DNA from: an uncultured virus (IMG/VR IMGVR_UViG_3300030372_002776)
Lineage: Duplodnaviria; Heunggongvirae; Uroviricota; Caudoviricetes
Virus record (IMG/VR): IMGVR_UViG_3300030372_002776
Length of the DNA: 20,000 bases
Reading direction: 5' to 3' (one strand)
The notes beneath the pieces were generated by a model. It was not told the DNA's origin, did not search any database, and saw only the letters and a program-made list of their open reading frames with translations. Made by a program: the position numbers and the translations under genes. Positions within the stretch are counted from its first letter, which is position 1. The number at the start of each line of letters is the position of its first letter. Below, piece after piece: positions 1 through 8,800 of the stretch.

Positions 1-3000
1 ATTAGGAAGTACTTCAGGACCCCAATATCTTCCATTTACAGAACATCCGGCTCTATTTCCACAACAGATAACTGGGCCAGCGCATGTTGTACCGTCTCCT
101 CCACCAAATCCTTGACGAGGGCAAACTATATCATCACCCAGATCATTAAATGATTCACAAAGACAACAAACTTCCCAAGCTACCTCTGCACCAAAATCCC
201 CCCAATTGTCGCCTTGACCGCTATACTGTGTGCTATTCCAAGTATCAATAATATCTTGATTTTGATAGTCCCCTGATTCCATCATCTTAATTACAACGGC
301 TTCTTTGCAGCTTATTAAAGAGGCTTCAGGTATATCATAGATAAAGCTGGGTTGGCTGTTTTGTAAACCTAATCTTTTTGTTGTAATATTTCCGGGCCAT
401 TCTGAAGGATCTCCGCTTTTAGAATTTACATATAAACATTCAAAATTATTAGATCCATCACAGCAAGCACCAAATGCGTTATCATTTACTCCGCCGGGAC
501 CGCCGCCGTCATCATTAGTGCAGTTTGCTCCTCCTGAGGAGCAATCTTCTTTTCCACATTCACAAGTACCTTGATCAACACCATTGCCGTCATTATTATA
601 AGAAGTACAAAGAGAATTTAAAGGGAAAAATTGACTTGCATTAGCTAATTTAGCTTCAGCGCATTCACAAATTTTGAATAAGGTTTTATTTCTAAAGCCA
701 GAAAAAATTCCTTCGGTACACTCTCTCCATTCCATGCTTCCTTGTAATATAGAAGAAGCACCTCCTAAACAACTTAATGGTCTCTTAGTGATAGCATCAG
801 TATTTCCAAGAGAATCAGCAAAAGCATTTACTCCGGGCTGTGCATAACTTCTATAAAATCCTTCCCACCATTGAAGATATCTAGGAGGAATTCGATTAGA
901 TGTATTTTGTCTATGAGCAGTATGAACTGACTCAGGAATAGGCATAGATATACCAAATACGCATCTATTTTGTGCCGAATCTGTGTTTAAGTTATTGCCT
1001 CCGCCTCCTGAGTCATCAGAACATTTATCAGCTTCTTCTATTCTAAATAAATAAAGACCAGCAGGAATTACATAAGTAGAACATTCATATCTAAACCTGT
1101 TAAAGTTTTCTCCATTAAGTTCTTCTCTTGTTCCGTTTCCTGTTCCAGAAGCCTTAAGAAATTGTTTTCCTGTTTTTGTGTCTTTAGCTGTATGTTTAAT
1201 TCCAATAGTAAAGGTAGGCATAAAAGTATGCCCTCCAAAGTTTTGTCCTCTGCCTCCATCTTCAATATCAGTTGAAAAATTATATTTTCCATTAGAAGAA
1301 TAAACATCGAATTTAGCTTCTATTTTTCCTGAAGCAGCATTAGCAGTATAATTGTAATGAACAGGAGCATAACTAGGAATTCCTAGTCCAGTATACGCTG
1401 TTCTTCCATAAAATCTATTTTGAGAATCTACAGGATCTAAAGAAGAAGGCCGATCAAGGCCATCTTGTACTTCTGAGGCTGTGCAAGCCAGTGTTTTACC
1501 GCTTTCATTATTTAGAACAACTTCGGTATTTGCGTCATCGTTAGAATCGGTTAAATCCGCAAAACTAAGTCCTCCAAAAGTACTTTGTTCATAATCTCCT
1601 TGATATATAGATACATTTGCTCCTACATCTTCTTTGCATTGTATTTGAGTTCCTACTTGAATACTTCCTCCTAAACCATATTGATATCCTCCATATACAT
1701 AATATGAGCCATTTGAGTTCTCATACGGTCTTGGAATATAAGGAGTAGTAGAAGAGTTGTTTTCAGGAGTTATCATACATGCACTAGCTCTGTGATTGTT
1801 TTGTTTTGCGTGTTCGGCCACATCAATCACATTGCCAGTGTTACTAAATTTATTTTTTTTAAAAAGCTCTTCAATAGTAGAGTCTCCGTTTCTACTTCCC
1901 TCGCCTGTTCCTCCTACAACGTCATTACTATCTTCTAAATACCTTCTATCTAATAGAATCGATGCATTGGCGGTATTTTCTTGAGTATCTTCTAAGAAAA
2001 CAGCGGGATCTGTAACCCAGTGAATTACTCCTCCTTGATTATCTTGAATAGAACTAAGTTCATAATGGGAAACATAATTTTCTGTATCATTTGGATTAAT
2101 ACTTAGTCTTGTTCCTACTCCATTATTTTCTTTTGGACATTCAAAAGCATAATCTTTATTTCTATTTACAGTGCCAAAAGAAAGAGGGAGTGCATCTACT
2201 AAGTTACAGCTTGCTTTTGTATTTCTAATATAAGTAAATACTAAACGAAGTTTGTCAGAGGCATCTTCTTCTCCGCTAAGACCAACTTCTTCTGGTGCGC
2301 CCCAAGGTGGTCCGCTTATTCCCTCAGCAACTGTTGTTTTTGCTATTTTTTGTCCAGAATCGTCCCAATTAGAAAAAACTTCTGCGCTGCTTAAACAATC
2401 TTCAAATCTTGAATCAGAAACAGCAGCATTTGCCCAAGGATTATCTGCGTCTGTAAGATCAAACTCTCTTACAATAGTAATTGTTTCAGGGAGATACTCA
2501 CTTGTTTTACAGAAGTCTGAATAATCTTCTAGTTTAAGCTCTGCCCCTTGACTTCCTGTTGCTGCATTGGTTCTTGTACAAGGATTTCCTCCTTGCCACT
2601 TTGTATTATCTGTAGTATTTCCTGTATTTAAACCACTAAGAATAGTTCCGGTTCCAAGTTGCGCGGTATTTGCGTTACTTGCAGAAGCGTTATAACAAGA
2701 TGAACCATTTGCTTCTGCAATGGCAGATTCTGTTCCGTAATACACAGTAGAGCCGTGAGGATTCATTCTAAAATGAATTTCATCAACATGACCTAGTTTA
2801 AGTTCTTTGATAGCTCCTTGAGTCCCTGTATAGGAACTACCAACTGTTGGAGGGAACTGAGAAAAGCCAATAACCTTAAAAGCTCTGTATACTGCTCTAT
2901 TTGTATTATAGGCACCATCAATTGCGGGATCAATCTTCATGACAACAAAGGTTCCCTTGTTGTCTCCGGTCTGTGTCATATTATCTGACTTGTTTGTACC

Positions 3001-4311
3001 GCCTACAAAGGAAGCTAGGGGATCTACGTCACACGCAGTTTTAAAAGCTGCGTTAGCAGTAGAGGTATTGTTTTCTGCCTCTCCGGGCGTTGTCTTAGTA
3101 ATATAGACCCCTTCGCCATGAAGCTCCACCATAACCTTGTCAAGCCCGTGTCCGTTTGCGCTTTCTACAATTGTTTTAAAATTAATTGCAGTTTGTGGAG
3201 CAGAAGTTACTCCTAAGAACTCTTGGTTTGCGGCATTGGGAGAACCTGTGTTTTTTAGTTTATAGGTTTTTGTTTCACCGCCTGCTGTAATTGTAAACTC
3301 CCCAGTATTAGTTCCATTAAATCCGCTTCCAAACTTAAAGTAGTTACTCGCTCTATTAGCACCACTACAGAAGTTTAAAGGAACCCTGCTTTCTGATCCA
3401 CCATATTGTTGATTAAAGTTTTGTTTACTTGTACTATCAGAAGCAAAAGTAATCTTGCCTGCTGTTAGTAGAGTTGAGTTAGGTACTTCTCTTGTAGTGC
3501 CGTCACCGGGGGCTGCAAGTGCATGGGAGGGTGTATTATAATCAGTACCTGTTTGAGCAGCATTTGGATTAATATAATGGGGGTGATTACTATCTCTAAC
3601 TTCTTCTAACAAGGGAGTATAGTCTAAGTAAAAATAGGTATTTCCCATATCGTCTGGAATGCCGTCTTGTACTGTAGCAGATGATTCATCGTATGATTTG
3701 TAATCAAAGTTTTCTTCATCTTCTCTAGTTCTTCCTGTTGGGCAGGTATCGTGAGTTGTTGTATAAGGATTTCCTGCTGGTGTATCTTGTTCAATTTCAC
3801 ATGTAGGCCATGCAAATCTTTCAAAAATATTGCTATCTGAGTGATCATCTTGATTAAATTGAAAATAATCGTTGCAATCACATTGAGCTAAAATAGCATA
3901 TAATCTACCATACCTTTGACCGCCTCCGGCATCATCTTTAGTATTTTTATGAGTAATATGATATCTTAAACAATCTTCGCAGTTTGCTAAGTTTACAGTT
4001 CCGCTCTTAGAGTCGTTTACAAAATTAAGTTGACTGATATTAGTACTATAACTTAATCCTCCAGTAGGAACTTCATCAGCAGTTCTTGCACCCGAAGCAG
4101 TCATCTGATCAGTAATAACAGGGCCATAGCAGCAATTTTGGTTATCTCTAAAATAATGACCTGTAGTATATGCTCCGGCATTTCCATATAAGTTTTCTGG
4201 AACCCAAAGACCATGTGAATCATTTAAACTGTTTCCGATACGAGAAATGGTTTCGGAAACTTCTGCTTTGTTGAATTTTGTACAACAACAGTTTCTGTTA
4301 TTACTCGGCAT
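1..4311 (-). CDS. Giant Cys-rich putative virion/tail-associated protein, >1437 aa, 3'-truncated by the window edge (not in the ORF track)
   Basis: ATG at 4311-4309 preceded by AAGGA overlapping the upstream stop. I translated the frame by hand down to position 1 and found no stop. Starts MPSNNRNCCCTKFNKAEVSETISRIG and ends ...CAGPVICCGNRAGCSVNGRYWGPEVLPN at the edge. G/N/S/T/D-rich with Cys clusters at both ends. The CDS is well supported; the function is inferred from position. Confidence 0.9.
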   Translation of the reverse strand, partial: MPSNNRNCCCTKFNKAEVSETISRIGNSLNDSHGLWVPENLYGNAGAYTTGHYFRDNQNCCYGPVITDQMTASGARTADEVPTGGLSYSTNISQLNFVNDSKSGTVNLANCEDCLRYHITHKNTKDDAGGGQRYGRLYAILAQCDCNDYFQFNQDDHSDSNIFERFAWPTCEIEQDTPAGNPYTTTHDTCPTGRTREDEENFDYKSYDESSATVQDGIPDDMGNTYFYLDYTPLLEEVRDSNHPHYINPNAAQTGTDYNTPSHALAAPGDGTTREVPNSTLLTAGKITFASDSTSKQNFNQQYGGSESRVPLNFCSGANRASNYFKFGSGFNGTNTGEFTITAGGETKTYKLKNTGSPNAANQEFLGVTSAPQTAINFKTIVESANGHGLDKVMVELHGEGVYITKTTPGEAENNTSTANAAFKTACDVDPLASFVGGTNKSDNMTQTGDNKGTFVVMKIDPAIDGAYNTNRAVYRAFKVIGFSQFPPTVGSSYTGTQGAIKELKLGHVDEIHFRMNPHGSTVYYGTESAIAEANGSSCYNASASNANTAQLGTGTILSGLNTGNTTDNTKWQGGNPCTRTNAATGSQGAELKLEDYSDFCKTSEYLPETITIVREFDLTDADNPWANAAVSDSRFEDCLSSAEVFSNWDDSGQKIAKTTVAEGISGPPWGAPEEVGLSGEEDASDKLRLVFTYIRNTKASCNLVDALPLSFGTVNRNKDYAFECPKENNGVGTRLSINPNDTENYVSHYELSSIQDNQGGVIHWVTDPAVFLEDTQENTANASILLDRRYLEDSNDVVGGTGEGSRNGDSTIEELFKKNKFSNTGNVIDVAEHAKQNNHRASACMITPENNSSTTPYIPRPYENSNGSYYVYGGYQYGLGGSIQVGTQIQCKEDVGANVSIYQGDYEQSTFGGLSFADLTDSNDDANTEVVLNNESGKTLACTASEVQDGLDRPSSLDPVDSQNRFYGRTAYTGLGIPSYAPVHYNYTANAASGKIEAKFDVYSSNGKYNFSTDIEDGGRGQNFGGHTFMPTFTIGIKHTAKDTKTGKQFLKASGTGNGTREELNGENFNRFRYECSTYVIPAGLYLFRIEEADKCSDDSGGGGNNLNTDSAQNRCVFGISMPIPESVHTAHRQNTSNRIPPRYLQWWEGFYRSYAQPGVNAFADSLGNTDAITKRPLSCLGGASSILQGSMEWRECTEGIFSGFRNKTLFKICECAEAKLANASQFFPLNSLCTSYNNDGNGVDQGTCECGKEDCSSGGANCTNDDGGGPGGVNDNAFGACCDGSNNFECLYVNSKSGDPSEWPGNITTKRLGLQNSQPSFIYDIPEASLISCKEAVVIKMMESGDYQNQDIIDTWNSTQYSGQGDNWGDFGAEVAWEVCCLCESFNDLGDDIVCPRQGFGGGDGTTCAGPVICCGNRAGCSVNGRYWGPEVLPN

Positions 4312-4324
4312 TTATATTTATTCC

Positions 4325-5836
4325 TTATCCACATAAGCCTTGTGAGACGTTTGGCATACTAAAGTAGTAAAATGGGGGAGACGGAGTATACATTGATCCG
4401 TCTGTTTCTTTTCCAATCGAGGGGGAAGAGTTCGCTGGTACACTTCCTTGGAAGTTTGTTCCTGCACCTCTGCCGCCGGGAGGAAAGAGGCCAGAATAAT
4501 TATCTTCTCCAGATACGCTTGCGGTCCATCTTTCATGCATAACAACAATTGTTCCGGGCATAATAGGCTCAACAGTATAGTTTTGAGGAAATTGTCTTTT
4601 TGCATATAGTTTACTAGTAGTGGTTGTAGATGAGGTCAATTTAGACGTAATTTCTTTAACATGAGCGGTGTCGTGTCCTGCGGTATCGTTATTAGAATCA
4701 GTTAAAGACATACCTGCGCCCATTACACCATAGCCATCAGTTGCTGCCCCAGAGGTATCCGAAGACACATAGAAGTTTGACATCTCTGCTGTATTTAATG
4801 CATAGAAATATCCGTTATTGGTTCCTCCGGTTGTTGGATCAACGCTCTTCCATGTTCTTGCTTGTGTTGAATTAATTGCAGGCGTTTGTGTAGTAGCCCC
4901 GTATTGCATAAATAGACCATCAAGAGTTGGTAATGATCCATCCCAATTTCCGCCTGAAAGTTTAGGATCATATTCACCAGAAACAATACTCATTGATATT
5001 CCAGTAACATTGCCATCCGTTGGATTAGTCACAGTTAATCCAGCAGATTTATAGAGGGAATCAGAGATATTAATATTTTCTGGAACATCTCTTGTAAGAA
5101 TAATACTATTTGTACTTAACTCTTTTGTAGCGGTATGAAACCTAATTGTTGATGTATTATTTGTAATAGTACCGAGACCAGTAGCGGTAGTACTAGACTG
5201 AGTAATATTATTCCAAGCACTTTCCCAGTTAGTTAAAAATTGAGCAATTGTATCAGAATTGACGGTTCCGGTTAAATCGTGATCTAATTTTAAACTAAAC
5301 TCCGCTAGACTTGTGGTATATGATGGGTCTGCAAGAGCAACGGCTTGGTTTGATCCTGCGTTTGTTCCATACAGAGTTACGGGAAGTTTAAAGGTAGTAG
5401 TAACATCATTAGTTCCCCAAGTGTTATTAGCAAAGGTAAAGGTAAGTTTTACTTGGTGAGCAATTGGAGTTCTGATTGCAACTTCTTCCCATTCATACAT
5501 CCATCTGTTTTCATTGGTTGACGAATCAGCAGCATCATACGCAGGTCCTGCTGCTGCGTTTCTTGTACCCATAGCAGTATGCCCAGTAATTCGTGCAAGA
5601 AATACCTGTCTGTCTAGCTGTTCTCTGATTAGATCAATAGTAGCCGCTCTAGAGATAAACCTTTCTCCTACAGCACTATCTCCATAGTGTACATAAAGTT
5701 CTGCGGGATTTGCGGTTTTGTCTGCGGATTGTACGGGATCATCTGGTAATGATACTGTAACTTCTCCATGTGCGCCCGTAGTAAACACGGCATGTTCTGC
5801 TGCCGTTCCTCTTCGACGCTTAACTTGCTTAGCCAT
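4325..5836 (-). CDS. Tail fibre/adaptor-like protein with Mtd-like (major tropism determinant) N-terminal domain
   Basis: N-terminus MAKQVKRRRGTAAEHAVFTTGAHGEVTV...ELYVHYGDSAVG resembles the Bordetella phage BPP-1 Mtd N-terminal motif (VQFRGGTTAQHATFTGAAREITVD...VVVHDG). T/S/N/G-rich body, AAGGAG RBS, directly downstream of tail tubular B. Confidence 0.75.
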   Translation of the reverse strand: MAKQVKRRRGTAAEHAVFTTGAHGEVTVSLPDDPVQSADKTANPAELYVHYGDSAVGERFISRAATIDLIREQLDRQVFLARITGHTAMGTRNAAAGPAYDAADSSTNENRWMYEWEEVAIRTPIAHQVKLTFTFANNTWGTNDVTTTFKLPVTLYGTNAGSNQAVALADPSYTTSLAEFSLKLDHDLTGTVNSDTIAQFLTNWESAWNNITQSSTTATGLGTITNNTSTIRFHTATKELSTNSIILTRDVPENINISDSLYKSAGLTVTNPTDGNVTGISMSIVSGEYDPKLSGGNWDGSLPTLDGLFMQYGATTQTPAINSTQARTWKSVDPTTGGTNNGYFYALNTAEMSNFYVSSDTSGAATDGYGVMGAGMSLTDSNNDTAGHDTAHVKEITSKLTSSTTTTSKLYAKRQFPQNYTVEPIMPGTIVVMHERWTASVSGEDNYSGLFPPGGRGAGTNFQGSVPANSSPSIGKETDGSMYTPSPPFYYFSMPNVSQGLCG

Positions 5837-5846
5837 GTCTTACTCC

Positions 5847-8800
5847 TTAGTTTCTAATAGATGACATTCGTGGTGAGAATATTCCACGGAATTCTATGTT
5901 AGCAATATTTACTGGTTCGTGATAGCTGCTGACAAATGATATTTCAGCATTATGAGCAAAGCTCATTACTTTAGCCATAAACTCCCCGTTTTCTTGTACA
6001 CCAAGATGGGAAGAAGTAAAGGATTCAGAGTTTATCCTTTGTTTATAGAAAGGATCTGTAATAACAATATCTGTATTATTATTATACTGTTTTCTTTTTA
6101 CTTCAAAGTTAAATTTTCCTGTTTTATAAAACTTCATAGAAATATTTTTGATATTTAAGACACCATCTAATGCATTATTGGTTTGATCTCTGAATACTAA
6201 TTCGGATAAGGTAGCTCTCATTGTAAAGGAAGTACCAAACCAGTTTTCTGTTTTCTTTGCTTCATTGTCTAAGAAGTTAAATAAAAGACCATATTCTAAA
6301 AATTCTTGTATATACCTATCTGCATTTCTTCCAAAATCTTCAAAAGAACTAGCAGTTATTTCTATTTGTCCATAATCTTCTGTTGAGGTTACATTAGAAG
6401 ATCTTTGATCTCCACTTACTGTAACCTGTGTTTTTTTGCCATTATTCGAAATAGAAGAAACAATAGTTAATTCTTCTCCAATATCGGTTTGATTAAGTCC
6501 TACAATAGCTTTATCTAATTTAGAATTATGAACAGGAAGAGTAAAAGTTGTATTGCCTGAAGAAGAACTGTATACAGTATTGAAATTTATATTTGTAATA
6601 ATGCTTTTTACTTTAAAGTTTGGAGCAACAGTAGTTCCCGGTAGGTTTTTAAAATCAACTCGATTTCCTACTTCAAAACCTTTACCGTGTTTTAATATTT
6701 CCCACTGAACAGGAACACCGTATACACTATAAACATCCCCTATGTTTTTATCTTCGTGTTTTGTAATTCGTATACTAAGTCCTGTTCCACTTCCAGAAGT
6801 AGTATTTTGTTCTAAAACGTCTCCCTTTCTATATCCTTGAGGAACTTTATAGTTTACAGACTCTGGTCTAACTGCAAAAGTTCCGTTCTTTGAGGTATTG
6901 ATAGTGGGATTAGATCCGGGGTCTGGAGCAACATCAGGAAGTCCTGAAATAGACGCAGAAGTAAGAACATTAGTATTAGTTGGTTTTCGATACAAGTTTG
7001 ACAATTGACTATCAGCGGTTAAAATACCTTCGACGCTATCATCAGCTATTCCTAAATCACTTGGAAGTAAATACCCAGATCCTCCTGATTGAAGCGCAAC
7101 GGATTTTATTTTTCCTATTGTCTCTACTTCAGTAACTTGAAGAATTAATCCAGATCCGGGGTTTGTATTAATATTTCCGCCAGCAGAACCCGGAATAACT
7201 TTGTTTTCAAATGTTAAAGTATCTCCTACCTGATAGCCTGAAGTATTGTTACTTTTTATCGTAAAAGTAAGAATTTTACCCCAATCGCTTTCTATTTCTT
7301 TTACTTTTAATAAGTCTTCAAAAAGACTCATAGAAACTCTTCTATCAATTCTAGGATATGTTTCATCTTCAGTGACTACCGAAGTTTTTTGAATAAAGAA
7401 TTGGCTTGATTCTTCTCCGCTAGGTTTTTTATACGGCCTTAAAACAACCGAATATAAAACATCGTCAATAAAGTTTATACTTTTAATTCTATCTGTTGTA
7501 TCGGTTGTCCACTTATGAAGTGAGTTTTGAATAATTTTATCGCCCGAAAATCTACTTGTATAAAAATACAACACATTTTGATTTTCTCTATCAACTAAAG
7601 TAATTAAGCTTTTAATAGCAGAAGTAGCGATGTCTTGGAATGTTTTAGGGAGATATCCTTCAGCTTGGAAAGTTACTTCTGCTGCATTTGCAACATTTGA
7701 TGATCCTGATCCGTAATATAAATAAATTTTCTGAGGAGCAAAGAAATAAACTTGAGATCCTAATAATTGAGGTTGAGTTACTGGATCAGTAGAATAAAAT
7801 GCAGTTGCTTGTAGTTCTGCTGTTAGTGGAGTAATTTGATTCTCAGAACCAAGTAGTTCAAATTGAATATCGTTTAAGGTTGAAACAAACATATAGCTTT
7901 CAAAAGGAACTAAATGGCTAATTGTAACAAGATCTCCTCTTCCTGTTCTAACATCAACAGGATCAGTATCAACAATATTATCAGGATCATCGATCCACAG
8001 ATTAAAGAAGTCTCCTACTTTAGAACAGAAAACATTGTCTTCTGCACACATCCAAAATCTATCTCTCCAAAAAGTAACGTCGTTTATTTTCTTTCTAACC
8101 CTTTCGTTATTTGCTCCTATAAAAGCGGATGGTCCGGGGTTTGTAGAAAGCGTTCCAGTTAATCTATCTTTAAACGGAGCTTTTAAAAATCTCCAAGTAT
8201 TTTCTGAAGTTACAAAGTCAAAAAGCAATGGCATTGTTCGTGTATCAAAAGAACCATAAGGGGACTCTGCTCTTACTTGTTCATAAAAAGGAGATCCTCT
8301 ATCTTCAAACGAAACAGTTCTAAAGAATGCCGAAGGTTTAGTAAGATAAGATTCTCTTGTTACAAATACCTTGCCTCTTCCGTCTGCATCTCCTACTGTA
8401 TCTTCAGCATACAAAAAGGATAAGCTTTCTTCTGCTCCGTTTAAGTCTGTAAAATCATCATCGTTTGTTGGAGGAATAGGAATTAATGAAAAGTTTTGTA
8501 TTGATTGACCAATATCAAGTGCGGTAGAAGTAGATAAAACAATGTTATCACCAATAGGTTGATGCTTTGATCTGTTGTATTTAATTTTAAGATCTTCTGT
8601 AAAATTTAAATCCATTTCTTTATTGACATAAAGACTATCTTGACTTGCTGCCGCAAAGAAATTAACATCAGTAATATATGGTACTTTTGGAATGTCTAAA
8701 ATAGCTCCTGTGCTTCCTTTAATTTGTTTAAGTACAACAGAGTTACTGTCATTATCTAAAGTTAAAGCATGTGTAGCATTTAATAAATTTAATTTTGTTC

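Noticed and set aside
1068..4605. Short ORFs 1068..1307, 1796..1984, 2252..2524, 3624..3881 and 4318..4605
   Set aside because: Off-frame or antisense shadows of the giant Cys-rich ORF and the 503-aa gene, with no recognisable motifs.
4990..5460. Fifth copy of the sheath-insert-like module inside the Mtd_N protein
   Set aside because: A strand-helix-strand pattern is suggestive (TIAQFLTNWESAWN...IILTRD), but the G..GN and F.GG motifs are absent, so it cannot be supported by eye.
4325..5836. Diversity-generating retroelement target suggested by the Mtd-like N-terminus
   Set aside because: No reverse transcriptase or template/variable repeat pair in the window, and the C-terminus lacks a C-type-lectin VR motif. 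Mtd_N is common outside DGRs.
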